Origin: Macrostomum lignano
Taxonomy: Eukaryota
Length of the DNA: 64,000 bases
NCBI GenBank assembly: GCA_002269645.1
Contig: NIVC01002736.1
Coordinates: forward strand, 34,473 to 98,472
Direction: 5' to 3'
Shown: piece after piece, positions 40,250 to 52,573 of the stretch
Layout of the letters: every line of letters starts with the position of its first letter
How positions within the stretch are numbered: position 1 is the first letter of the stretch
Made by a program: the position numbers and the translations under genes
The notes under the pieces: model-generated
Told to the model about the DNA's origin: nothing
The model's input: the letters and a program-made list of their open reading frames with translations, nothing else
Database searches by the model: none

Positions 40250-42714
40250 GTTTTAGTGTACTTAGTGTGCTTTGATACATGTGAATGTCGTCGTAATATC
40301 GATCCTTCTGTCGTCGAATGTCGTAACTCTGGAACCTGAATATATGTACACGTACTCGTAAATAAATAAGGATCAGAGAAGCGAAATTCGTTCGAGAAGA
40401 TTCCCCCAGTTTCCCATTACTGCATTTTGTGACTTTATACCGTTTTATTTTAATTGATGAAGCGTGGCTTTTACCACAGCGTGGATCATGAGTTGGTTGT
40501 CCATAGCATTTTTTTATTTAATGCTTTATTTAGCTAAAATCCATTGTTCCCATAAAGTTTGTGTAAAGGAAGAACAAATCAAATTAATAAGGCATGGATT
40601 GTTGGTTTAACGACAGAATTTATGCCTGAAAACTTTTAGAATATAAATCTTGGTTCGAAAAATATATTTTTTGAATTTAGAACTATTAAAAATAAAAGGG
40701 CGCGTTCGAGTAGCTTCAAATGGCTTGAAATAACTTACAAATGACAGTGATTTTTTAGCACTATTTTAACGTACTCGGTAAAACAAAATAAATAACAATA
40801 TTTGATTCTAAAATTAGATAGGTGGTTACATATGTGTTTTTAGACTATAAGTTTCAGAAGTATTTTGTTCATTAAAAAAGCACTTAAAATCATTTTTAGC
40901 CATATTAGGCGAATCGAACGCATCATAAACCCGGTGGTTTCCGAGAATGCTAGCCTAGCAGAATCTCAATCCACAGCAGCAGTGCTAGAATTTATTCATT
41001 TTTGTTGCATAGGTCCACAACATATTACAAAAAAACTGGGTGAAATTTCATTCTAATTGAGTTCTTATTAGACAGTTTGTAAGGATTTCTTTCTTTATTC
41101 TTATTTAATTTTAAGCTATTTAAAACACGTCATTACATTAGGCTCGTCTTAAACAAAAAAGTGCAAGTCGATTTTCAAAATTTTTGTAATATATTTTACT
41201 ATTAGATATAGATCATTTTGCCCCAAACTTTTTGCCTACAAGGCCAATGCATGCATCACACCAGTCACCAGAATTTTTTGGGTGTATTATGATCTGGAGT
41301 GTTGGATAATTACTAGGCCTAATGGATGGCAATGTCCTAAATTTGTTTTCCTCTTGTAATAGATCTTATTAGGTACTTAGCATGTTAATTCAGGCTGTAG
41401 GCTAGACTAAAATATTGGTTAGATCTTAAAGATTTAGTATTTTGTTGTAATAAAAGTTGTTTCTTTAACTAGTAGGCCCCCTAGTTACCTAGTATTAACT
41501 AGTAGGGGCAACAACAACAAAGCAATAGTAACAATAATAAGAAAGAGTAAGAATTTTGTTAAAATTTCAATTTTTGATCTAGGTTTTAGGACTAGGTCTA
41601 ATATTAAAGATTAATAAAGAATTAAAAAAGTTTCTTAAGGTAGGCCTAATAGATTTTGAAATAGAGGTAAGCATTCAAATGGCCAAAGCCAAAGAAAGGG
41701 CCAACTTATAGTTTGATTAAATTGTGCTTAGTAGGCTATTGCCTTTTGTTTTTTCTAAGTTTCTACTACCTCTATGGATAGATAGGCCTACTTCTTCCCT
41801 TGATTATATTAGATATTAGTCATAGGCCTAGTATAAAATATTTGAGGCTTAGAATAATTGATTATTATTAGAATAATTGATTATTAAAATAAGTTTCAAA
41901 ATCCCATAAATGCGCAATAAAGATAAAAGAAAGTATAAGACAAAAAATTAAAACTATGATATTAGGCAAAAATGACAAATTGTCCAGAATGGAATTCTTG
42001 CTTAAGAAAAGGAAAATGTACTATGCGCATTCTCAGAACAATGCACAATGCTAGCATGCATACCAGTTAAAAGTAAGCTATAATGTAGATCATAATAGTT
42101 TGGTAGGCCCATACCCTTATATGCCAAAATAAAAATTCTAGTTTTTTTTTCAATTCTGCACCAATGTAAATGAAAAACATTATATGCCAAAAATAAAGTA
42201 CCTTGAAGGCAAGAAATTTTTTTCAGAAATTAAGAGTTTTACTAAACTTTTGAGCAAGAGTTTTTGCTAAAAACTATTATTCTTTGTTTTAATTCTGTTT
42301 TTCTCATCCAAATTTTCTAGCAAACAACCTTCAGGACTATGAAAAATAGAAGAACTTGAGTATACATAGCTGTTATATGGATGTAAAAGTCAAAGCCTAA
42401 TGTGATTCTGCAACAAACAATTTTTTGCAAGCGTGTACAAGCATACACTACCTTCTTTAAGAGCATGCAAGTGGGCCCTTTTTAGCGTGCAAGCAAATAT
42501 ATATATGCAAGCATGCACAAACATCTAATAACTTTTGTGCAAGTATTCCATCCTAGTAGATAATGAACAATAAAAAACCTAGAAAAATAACTAGCAATCT
42601 TCGCCCTCCAATGGGAGACATCTAGATAGAATCCTTATTCTTTACAAATAATAAATAGACAGCAAAATAAAGCCTTCATAAAAAACAACAGATATTCCCT
42701 CTAAAAACAAAACA

Positions 42715-42900
42715 AAGACAGCAAGCATCCCCAGACAGCATTCAAGCATTGATCCCCAAATAGCAAGCATCCCCTAGATAGCAAGAATCCTCCCAATAGC
42801 AAGCATCCCCTAGATAGCAAACATCCCCCCAATAGCAAGCATCTCTCAGAAAGCAAGCATCCCCCTGATAGCAAGTATCCATCCTTAAATAGCAATCATC
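42715..42900. repeat. Short degenerate ~20-bp tandem (ATAGCAAGCATCCCC core)
   Basis: Read directly. Confidence 0.8.
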
Positions 42901-43352
42901 CACTAGAGAACAAGTAGAGCTAATAAATGTTCTAAATTTCTACAGTTAAAGTTTTTAACTTTACAACTTAATTTAACTTAACTTTTTCTAAGTTTTTATC
43001 AATTGATAATTTTTGTATTTAACCCATTTCTATGTTTAATATATTAGATATTGTCTTTAAAAGCCTATTGTTAGAATAAACAAACCAACAAACAAACATT
43101 TTACATGTTCAGTTCCTTGCATTTCCAGAAATAAGAAAATAATATTAAAATTATTAGTTTAGCTCAATTCAATAAAAAAATATTTTTGCAAACAAAACTG
43201 CACTGGTGCCTAACACACTAAATTTTTTTTTCTCTTTAAATATCTATAATAATAATAAATCAGAAAAATAACATGAATTATTTTATTTATTAGCTAAGTT
43301 TTTGAAACTATAAATAAAATAGGTCATATTTTTTGTTATATAAACATTAATA

Positions 43353-44206
43353 TGAGGGGCGTCCGGAAAGTAGTGTTACTTTTGCTTGGTGTGGACGTAT
43401 GGACAGTCACACTTGCATGTGCTTGGTGTCATTTGAAAGTGGCAAGTCTCTTCTTTAAAATGACACCAATTGCAAGAGATTTGAATCTGTGCTTCAAGAG
43501 ATATAGACGATTAAGTAGAGAAAGGTCAGTCAAAGACTTACAGAACCTCAAAAATGTCAACAGAAAACTTTTATCACGAGCGTAATTACTCCAGAAAAAA
43601 CAAAAAACACAACAGTACAGTACAGAAGCAGGTGAAACAGATAACAAGCAAATTATCACACAAGCGAACAACATTAAAATCATTCATTGGTTGGCAGACT
43701 TGTCATCTTGCTGACAGCATGGTTGCCATGAGCTGTGCAAAGTTGCCTGTGGATGTCAGCCGATTTGGTTCCGGAGCTCCAAAGTGTAAAGATGGCATGT
43801 CGCTGCCCAGTCTTTGAATGCACATCCATTTGCAGTTCACAATTGAAAATTGAATGTCAATAAACTTTGCAGGTGCAGCAAAAGCAGTTTTACAAGTCTC
43901 GTAGTTTTATGAGACAGCCCCTCTCGTTCACTGCATCACATTTGGCCATAGACAGCCCATGATTACGAAAAAATCGATAAAATCGTAAAAGTTTTCTGTT
44001 GACATTTTTGAGGTTCTGTAAGTCTATGACTGACCTTTCTCTACTTAATCGTCCATATCTCTTAAAGCACAGATTCAAATCTCTTGCAATTGGTGTCATT
44101 TTAAAGAAGAGACTTGCCGCTTTCAAATGACACTAAGCACATGCAAGTGTGACTGTCCATACGTCCACACCAAGCAAAAGTAACACTACTTTCCGGATGC
44201 CTCTCG
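43353..44206. mobile_element. Tc1/mariner-type MITE, 854 bp, with ~220-bp TIRs
   Basis: TA|TGAGGGGCGTCCGGAAAGT ... ACTTTCCGGATGCCTCTCG|TA; 43353-43573 is the near-perfect reverse complement of 43986-44206; TA TSD; no transposase. Confidence 0.88.
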
Positions 44207-44208
44207 TA

Positions 44209-44880
44209 TTTGGCAGTCTATGGCAACTGCTCTAACCTGTTGAAGAAGAAAATTAAGAAAAGCTTCCGTAAATTCTTTAACATGCCTATTAAGATTGTTT
44301 TCCACACTGCTAAGGTCAGCCAATACGTTAGTAGACTGAAATTCCATGTTTCTCTTGCTCTGGTGGTAGGTATTGTGTATAAGTTCTCTTGTTCTGTTGA
44401 CCAGAACATTACCTATATAGGTAAAACTAAAAGGCACCTGTACACCATGTACACCTGTACAGCATTGGTTAAAAAGGTTGGCTATCCAAGACCACCTGCT
44501 CTATTGCAACAGTTGTTGCAAAATTGAGCAAACTCAGCAGTTTAAAATTATTGATCGGTGTAGAACTGATTTTAGGCTCAACATACTTGAATCCATGTAC
44601 ATTAAAGACCAAAAACCTAATCTGAATATTCAGCTCTCCCATAGTGGTGCGGGCCATTTGCTCAAGGTATTCTAAGTAAAGGCACTAGTCTGAACAATGT
44701 ACTTGCAATCTATGCTTAACATTTTTTGGAAAATTCTGCCCATGACATGCCCTTTGGACTGTACAGTTAACATTTGTTCACTTATAAAGTTGTTGTGTGA
44801 GTTAAAAATACACCAGACCCTGAAGATGGTCATTGTTGGACCAAAACGCGTCGGAAGAAAGAATTTATTATAATCTATGT
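44209..44880 (+). mobile_element. 5'-truncated Penelope-like retroelement fragment (GIY-YIG endonuclease remnant, frameshifted) with 3' pseudo-LTR
   Basis: GIVYKFSCSVDQNITYIGKTKRHL (GIY-YIG) followed in another frame by FKIIDRCRTDFRLNILESMYIKDQKPNLNIQ, typical of PLE C-termini; hammerhead motif downstream. Confidence 0.82.
44818..44854 (+). ncRNA. Minimal type-I hammerhead ribozyme of the Penelope element, core G12 apparently mutated
   Basis: CC-CTGAAGA-TGGTC-attgttg-GACC-AAAA-CGCG-TC-GG: CUGANGA box, stem II, GAAA box reading AAAA, palindromic ACGCGT stem III, UC cleavage site. Confidence 0.65.
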
Positions 44881-46825
44881 TGATTTTAACTTTTGTATTT
44901 CTCTGCCTGCTAAAGCGTGCTACCTTACCTCAAACATTAGTAGCTTTTACAAATTTTATCATTCTTAGTAATTATGTAAGTAATTATTCTAGTATTTTAG
45001 TAATCTAAGTAGCTAGTAAATGTTCTAAATTTCTATAGTTGAAGTTTTTAACTTTACTGTCTAAAAATGTCTATTATTACAATAAGTATATATATATTTT
45101 TTAGTAGACCATGGACAACTTAGGTTTTGGTCAAGTCAAATACTTGACCAAACTTTGGGAGGTTTAATCAAGTATTTGAGTTGAGTTTTGTTGGGTAATC
45201 AAATAGAATGAAAGTTTGATATTTAGTTAATTTTAAACCTCAACCTTTCATTATTGTTTTATTGTTTGTTTTTATTTTATTTTTATTTTTATTTTATAAT
45301 TACCCTCATATTTTTATTTTGTTTATATTTCTAAAAATTATGGATTCTTAAGTAATACTTTTAGCATTAAATCGAAGAAAATCAGTTAAGCTGTTTTTTT
45401 CTGAAATCTATTTCATATTTATAGACAACTCATTTTTAGTATATGGGATCTTTCTTTTCAATGACTTTTTGTAAGTTTTAAAAAACTTGCAGCTATATAA
45501 AACAGGCCATAAAAATGCCCTTAAAGTGCAATGTATGAAATAGAAACATTAAAACCAATATAATAAAGTATAACACCAACATTAAATATTCAATAAAGAG
45601 ATTTTAATACTATAATATTAGTAATTTCCTTTCCATTTTTTATTTAACCTACCGTATGTTAATGCCTTGGCTTATTATAAAATGTGGTCTATTGAATTCT
45701 TCATGGCAAAATTTATGACTTCTGTTTTGTATACAATATTTTATTTATGTAATTAGCCTTTTCTAAGCAATTGGACATTATTGTATAAGAATTATTTGAA
45801 TGTTTATTTAAGCTATAAAATGAAATATATATTTCTATAGCAGCCATTTTAATGATATGCAGAAATCTTATTTAAACTTGTAACAATGCTCATAAACTTA
45901 TTTACTCACAAGTGTCATTTTTGTTAGAATTTTAATTTTGTTATTCAGTTACATCAATAATTTTTCAACACTATAATCTAGTTATATTGATTATTCCTAG
46001 TATTGCATACCTAGTAAATCAAAATTCACTAAATAATGAGTCAATCATTTGTAAGTAGCATTCTCAGATTGAAAGTTCAGATGCCATGATTGCATCTGCA
46101 TGTCAGTTCTGTGCTTTGCAGTATGCCTAAATACTGGAATGATTTGCTATCTCATATATGATTGCATGATTTGATTAGTGCTAATTTTAATACCATATAA
46201 TTGGATTAGTTTGCAACTTTGAATGCAGCTTTAATTCTCAAAGATTGAATAAATAAGTTATAGATATTGTCGCGCCCAATTTTTGCATTGCAGCTTTTCA
46301 TCTGGGCCACTTTTTGAACTGCTTGTTTGTCTGCAGTGCTTAAAATTCTTTGTTACTACTTTTCAAAATTAATAGTAGTCTATAACAAATATAATCCAAA
46401 TTTTACTAGCTCACCATTAATGGTTAGTTGAATGCAATATTTATTATAGATGTGCTAACAGTGCCTGCAATTTAACAATAAATTATATTAGATTCTATTG
46501 TCTTCTGTATAATTTCTTATCTACAAAGAATTGTCAGCTCTCTGTGTGTCCCTAACCATATGCCTCTGGGAACTGTCACTAGTGTTGTGCGGCGCTTGCT
46601 TTATTATCGCAGCTAATGTTTTATCTCGATTGAGTTTAGCAGCCAGCGCTTATTGGCTCGCTATTGGGGAATTCGCGTATTAGCCAATCCCGTCCGCGTG
46701 CTTTCAACTTCTGCTGTGTAATTTTATTTTAGACCTCACGTAGATCTGTCTCTTACTCGTATGTTTTGTTTCTCTAACCTGCAACGGTTATTTAAAAGCA
46801 GTTAAAAAGGCCCCACGTGTGATCA

Positions 46826-48367
46826 ATGGACTGCAATGACCTGCTAGGTGGTGATAGTAGAGACTTGGATCCACCAGCAGCTGATACTGCGCCAGATGGC
46901 GATGAGCGAACACCGCTGCTGATTACGCAATCGGCTACCTATCATCGTCATCAATATCAACATCTCCGTCATCATCATTTCCAGCATCATCAACAGGCAT
47001 CGAACGCGGCTGAGCAGCAGCAGCCGCAAACACCGCCTACCCCAGCACTCATGTCGTCATCTGACATGCAGTTCAGTTTGCAAATCCAGTGTCAACCTGG
47101 CGACGAACTGGCCAACAGTCTAGATTTTAGCAACAGCAGTACCCGGCATTGTCATAGCGGCGAAACTGAACGTCGATTTCGTTACATTGCCGCGCAGAAG
47201 CTTGCTCGCCGACGCCTGGTAATTGCAGCTGTAGCCTGTCTAGTCTTCATGATCGGAGAGGTGATTGGCGGCGCTATAGCCAATAGTTTGGCTATAATGA
47301 CTGACGCTGCTCATCTGTTAACGGATCTGACTAGTTTTCTCATCAGCTTATTAGCTCTGTTTCTGGCCACTAAGAGGCCTAGTAGAAGAATGAGTTTTGG
47401 TTGGTATCGAGCCGAAGTGATTGGAGCTCTGGTGTCCGTTCTGATGATTTGGATAGTCACAGCTGTGCTAGTCTATATGGCTGTGCATCGGGTTGTCCAA
47501 AAAGATTTCGAAGTCGAAGGTGAAGCCATGCTAATCACGGCAGGTGTTGGCGTAGCATTCAACATGTTGATGGCGTTGCTGTTACACCAGGGTCACGGAC
47601 ATTCGCACGGATTGCAGCGTCAGAATTGTCAGGCTGACGGTCCCCCAGCTGTCGCCGCGGATTCGTCTTCCCAGTCCACGGTTGATAAAGACGATGAAGA
47701 AGAGCCGCCGGAACCAGTCGATGTGGATGCGGCCGACACTGCTGGCATTGTTGAACGGGATTGTCAACGGAGACGCAGGCGTCCTGAGCATCATGCTGGC
47801 GATCATGAGCATCAGGAGCACGGCGAGCACGATCGTCATCACGAGCACATTGGCAGCAGTTTCGGTCACAATCACGCTCACAACAATATGAACGTTCGCG
47901 CCGCCTTCATACACGTTATTGGCGACTTATTGCAAAGCATTGGTGTATTAGTAGCGGCTCTTATCATTTACTATCGACCGGATTATAAACTGGCCGATCC
48001 GATATGCACGTTCGTATTCTCGCTGCTAGTTTTGGGAACTACAGTGAGCATACTGAAGGACACTGTCCGAGTGCTGCTGGAGGCCACTCCCCAGGGCATC
48101 GATGTGGCTAAGTTCCGGGCCGCTCTGGCTGCGCTACCCTGCGTGATTCAAGTGCACAGCCTTCGAGTTTGGAGTCTGACTCTTGGCCGCAATGTGGCCA
48201 GCGCTCATCTAGTTGTTAACTCCAATTGCGGCGTAGTGCAACGCGACAATCTTGTTGTCAAGGCAACGGAGCTATCTAAGAAGATTTTTCAAATGTCGGA
48301 CGTGACTCTTCAAGTTGAGCCGCATGTCTTAGAGATGGACAGTTGCGAGCATTGCAGATCTGTTTGA
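46826..48367 (+). CDS. SLC30A2: Cation diffusion facilitator zinc transporter, ZnT2/3/8 clade (intronless, 513 aa)
   Basis: SLAIMTDAAHLLTD (TM2 HxxxD), RRMSFGWYRAEVIGAL, His-rich loop, NMNVRAAFIHVIGDLLQSIGV (TM5 HxxxD), ADPICTFVFS, VHSLRVWSLT C-terminal domain. Confidence 0.93.
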   Translation: MDCNDLLGGDSRDLDPPAADTAPDGDERTPLLITQSATYHRHQYQHLRHHHFQHHQQASNAAEQQQPQTPPTPALMSSSDMQFSLQIQCQPGDELANSLDFSNSSTRHCHSGETERRFRYIAAQKLARRRLVIAAVACLVFMIGEVIGGAIANSLAIMTDAAHLLTDLTSFLISLLALFLATKRPSRRMSFGWYRAEVIGALVSVLMIWIVTAVLVYMAVHRVVQKDFEVEGEAMLITAGVGVAFNMLMALLLHQGHGHSHGLQRQNCQADGPPAVAADSSSQSTVDKDDEEEPPEPVDVDAADTAGIVERDCQRRRRRPEHHAGDHEHQEHGEHDRHHEHIGSSFGHNHAHNNMNVRAAFIHVIGDLLQSIGVLVAALIIYYRPDYKLADPICTFVFSLLVLGTTVSILKDTVRVLLEATPQGIDVAKFRAALAALPCVIQVHSLRVWSLTLGRNVASAHLVVNSNCGVVQRDNLVVKATELSKKIFQMSDVTLQVEPHVLEMDSCEHCRSV

Positions 48368-50331
48368 ATGAATGTTTTCATTTTTTGGCTCATCGATTCC
48401 TGTCAGTTGTTATAATCGAACTTAGTTATTATTACCACGTAGATAAGCAGTTAGAAGACTTAAATTAAAAGTACAGAGTCTTGGAGCAAAACTGAAAGTA
48501 TCAAACAGTTGTGATCGAATGCGATGGCGCATTAAAACCATGAGTTGAATTGTTTTTCCTCGCACTAAAACTTTGATTGTGGATCTTTTATCCTGTACTG
48601 ACACCTGGATTCGGATAACTATTGAAAACGAGCATATATGTGCATTATCTTTCTATTGATTATCGTTATTTTCTTTCGACAGCGTCAAGATTTTTGTATA
48701 GATTCTTAATTTTGCTGTAATTGTTTTGCATAATGAAATCTAATGCAAAATTGACAACGATTATAGCTTTGAATGAACTCATCATTTGTTCTGCGTATAT
48801 TACTTTGTAACTAAGTCTATTATAATATGATATATAACCAAGATGAAGTAACATATGCTTCCCAAATCCATTTCTGAAAATTCGATACATTCGATTCAGA
48901 TAGCGGTTCTTTTTCTTTTCTTGGGTTTGCGTTTTTTGATTTTGTATTTTTATCCCTTCTCTTAATTTTTTGTTTTTATTAGTGCCAGTACAGTATTGAT
49001 ATATATTAACTATAAAGTGTGAGCTTGAGCTGCTAAAATGTGTTCAATTCGTTGTCTTGATCGTTTTTTCTCCGACTATATGCGATGAGAGCGATTATCA
49101 AAATTATTTAAACTGTTTTGGGCCGTTTGTCTCATGTTTAAAAAAAACAATATCAAAATGATTACGCTGCTGAGTAATCTGTCATCTCATTCGATTATAA
49201 TTATTTTTCTTATCGAACGTACTTAATTGGGGCTGGATTTTGTTATACATATAGTTCGTGTTTATTTGAACGTACTTCAATTTATTTACAGAACGAATCC
49301 CTATTTTGTTAATGTCAATCTCAGTAGAAAAGCAATTGTCCGACAAAATTAATTTGATTTCTAGCAGCGCAACCGAGAGGAACTGTTCAATTAGTACGTG
49401 TGGCTCTCATGCGGCTATCATGTCAAATATAAATGGAGACGCGCAAATGTGCTACATGTTATTTTTTGCGCAAATTGTTCGTTTGATTTATTTATTTGTC
49501 AACTTAAGAAAATAGTTTTTTAGATCAAGAACCTCGTCCCTTTCCAATCAAGGCGTAGATTTAGGAGTCTGTCATTAAGGTATTTTGCTAACCTAAACCA
49601 TAATTCCTTAAAGCTGAAATTGTCAAATTCCTACGAGCGTAGCAATTCTTAGAATCTTGTGAAAGCAATTTCTGTTCCTGTTGAGCTCTTCTTCCTTGCG
49701 AGCATAGAATCTTGTCTCCCTTTGTCTTCCGTTTTACTTTTCTTGAGCAAAAGCAAAGCCAACTTCCCAATAACACAGGAAATTAAATTCTGTGTAATAT
49801 ATTCCACTCCTTATTGCTTGGCACGAATTAAAATCCAGAATGTTACCTTACAATCCCTGTTTTCTAAGGTCGATACTAGGCAGGTAGTTGCGAACTTTTT
49901 TTGTGAAAGTTGTCTCTAGAAGTAACGGGGTGAAAAATAGTCAGTCTTTATTAATCTCTTCTATAGCCTCGGGAATTTTGCTTTAATAATTCTTCGATTC
50001 TACTCTAAGATCGACTAGTTGCATGAATTAATTAATAAGACCCTCATTTTCTGAGATTCTTCTATTGTTTTTGAATATCTTGTTTTACGCAGTCAAGAGC
50101 ATGATGTGCACTTCAGATTTCGCATTAAGCAGCTTTTAACTTACTTTGTACTTAGACATTTTTATTAATAGTAATGACGCGGAAGATGCCGCAGTCTTAG
50201 CTGTCTATGTCTTTTCGAAACGTCGACTAAACAAACAATAGTATTAATCAAGCAAAACAAAAAGAATGGTTGCTCTGTTTGTAAATGACTTTGCACTTTT
50301 GTGTATCAGAGTTATGTTTATAAAAGAAGAT

Positions 50332-52334
50332 ATGTTTCTACTGCTGCTGAGCATTCTTAATCTTGTTATTCCTGCTGGCTGGGCTACTGTACCGTTGGAG
50401 CCGTATCCCGCTATCCAGTTTACTGTCGAGGACTCGATTACCATCAAAGATTACAGTAAAGCGCGCATCACGCTACTATCAGTTGGACAAGAGCGAACCT
50501 TAGTCTGCGAATCGCCGATTAGTGTATCTGCAAATAAGCGAAAAAACCTACAAATCGATTGGTACTTTGGCGATACAGATTCTCTGACTAAAATTATATT
50601 CGATAGCAACGGCTGGTCTCTGTCGCATCGTACTACTACGAATAACAGTAGTAGTAGCGCGTTTCGCATATTATTAGACGATGGTGTCTACCGCAACAGA
50701 GGTTCTATTGTTGTTAAGTCGAGCAATATCAGCAGCTTTAGCGATAAAAATGGCTTCAGGTGGGACATTTTAAAACCCGTCTGTGTCTTTCGCTTAAAGT
50801 TTAGGAAGTCAGGACGCTACAATTGCAAAACTTGCCGATCTTGAGAATACTTTTTTCGAACTTTAAGTGGAACTTTTGAATAAAGGATTGTGGATAAAGG
50901 CTCCACTCTGAAACCAGTGGTCGACTTTTCTCTGAGTTCAGAGCCCCAAGAGTAATTCCCAGGTCAGTGCAATTATGGCTAGAGTTGGATTAAAGGTTAC
51001 TTTTTGACCATTGCTTTGGGGTGTTTCTGAGTGAACAGTTTGCAGTAAAAACCATTCCGAGTTAGTATAATTTGCGAATGTAGCGTCTTTCAGACTCTCT
51101 ACTCAAGCCTTTGCTAGCGATATCTCAATTGTCGTCCAACGCGAACTCCACTTGCAGTTACAATCATCTCTTAAATGGAATTCTGGCTTGCGTCTATAGT
51201 CGCAGCGGTGATATCTCATCGATATTTCACTTGATGACTTTGTTGCCACCGTTGCCAATCAATCGTGAGTCTGCAGCGGTGACGCAGTGTCCACCAGGTC
51301 ACGCTGCGGCTAGTTACGCTGGTCTGTCAGTTTGTCAACCCTGTTTGCCTAATGAATTTTCGCCTGGCGGCGTGTCGCCTTGTCAGCCGTGTCGAGCTGG
51401 TCAGTTTAACAGTCGGTTTGCTAGTCCTGAATGCGCTAAACAACGGTTTAAACGATCGACAACAGCAGGGAAGGCGACTGTGTTAGTCATCATTTCGTCT
51501 GGGATTTATTTGGTTGGATTTGAAAATAAATAGTAGCAATGATAATGCAGAAGTTGTAAAGTGTTCTCCATTATACGCTCGTATAGAAGCCTAATTTTCA
51601 TTTCTAAGCCAAGTCACTAAACCAAATATTTTAGCACCATTACTTCAACAATCTAGACCAGGCCGCAGGGATCGGCAAACTCCGGCCCACGAAGCCTCTC
51701 TATCACGGATCTCGGGTCCTTTGAAACTTCACAATAGCAATCCAGTTCGCTCAAGGCTTGTGTCTCTTCTCATCTCTTCTATTTCGTCTCTCCTCTTCTC
51801 CTCTATTCCCTCGCCTCTCTTTTCTTTCTCTCTTCCCCTGCTCTGGTCCGCAGTCATGCGCTTGATTGTCTATCTGGCCCCTAAGATAAAAAAGTTTGCC
51901 TATCCCTGATTTTTACTATGCTTACCAGCTTTCAACTTTTACCAGCTAGATATGCTAATTGATCGAAATTTTTATGCTTGAAAATTTACAAGAGTAGGAG
52001 AACACTTTACAATGCACATGTGGCAAGGCTACCAAACAAGCAACCATAATTCAAAACGTGATCAACCACTGTAACAAATTCTTTCTCAAGGCATCTGATG
52101 CACCGGCGTCTTCCGCTAGCCGATTTTAGAAGCGTAATAATGTACCACTGTCTGCTAATATTGCTTCTGTCGGCGGTTGTCGTGGCTCTATTATTAGTCA
52201 GCGCACTAAGCTTTGAAACTGTTTGGCACGGCGTTCTATCCGGTATTGAAATGAGCATAGCTGGAGCTCTCGATGATAGATTTGTGCTAAAAGAACCCGA
52301 AGCCGATGGGAATAATGATACTCAGGAAGCTTGA
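50332..52334 (+). CDS. Uncharacterised type-I membrane protein: signal peptide, Ig-like domain, Cys-rich ephrin-receptor-like (GCC2/GCC3-type) module, TM, short acidic tail; exons ~50332-50759, (unresolved middle), 51094-51445, 52091-52334
   Basis: MFLLLLSILNLVIPAGWA signal; LVC..IDWY..SGRYNC Ig motifs; QCPPGH..CQPCLPNEFSPGGVSPCQPCRAGQF..C; the phase-2 join caacg|gtttaa to ctcaag|g gives KQR-HLMHRR then a TM. Splicing between 50760 and 51093 is not resolved. Confidence 0.6.
51666..51908 (-). mobile_element. hAT-type MITE (243 bp) in an intron
   Basis: 16-bp TIR CAGGGATCGGCAAACT / AGTTTGCCTATCCCTG (one mismatch); related copy at ~6000-6372; no clean 8-bp TSD. Confidence 0.75.
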
Positions 52335-52552
52335 AATCTGACTTCGTATAATTGATTTCGCATGTACTCAGTAGTACTCTTTACTATACAGAAGAGATAA
52401 AACAGATCAATAAATACACGTACTTTACTCGTCTATAGTGATTGAAAATAAATCAGTTCTTACTAGTATTCCACTTTTCCACTTATTTTTCAACTGAAAC
52501 TTTCGTTTTACTAATGAATTCTTGCAATAAAACTTTACTGCTGGCCAATTCT

Positions 52553-52554
52553 AG
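52553..52554 (+). promoter_or_regulatory. Unpaired splice acceptor upstream of ISCA1 (candidate SL trans-splice site)
   Basis: TACTAAT branch-like motif at ~52509 and caattctag| 19 nt before the ATG; AATAAA motifs of the upstream gene at ~52409 and ~52447. Confidence 0.45.
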
Positions 52555-52573
52555 CTAAAAACACAATACGTCA

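Noticed and set aside
45126-45152. Perfect 11-bp hairpin TTTGGTCAAGT/ACTTGACCAAA
   Set aside because: Isolated, with no associated element ends; terminator-type interpretation does not apply in a eukaryote.
49520-49920. Coding-looking minus-strand segments between ZnT and the Ig gene
   Set aside because: Interrupted by stops; no consistent splice model or homology.
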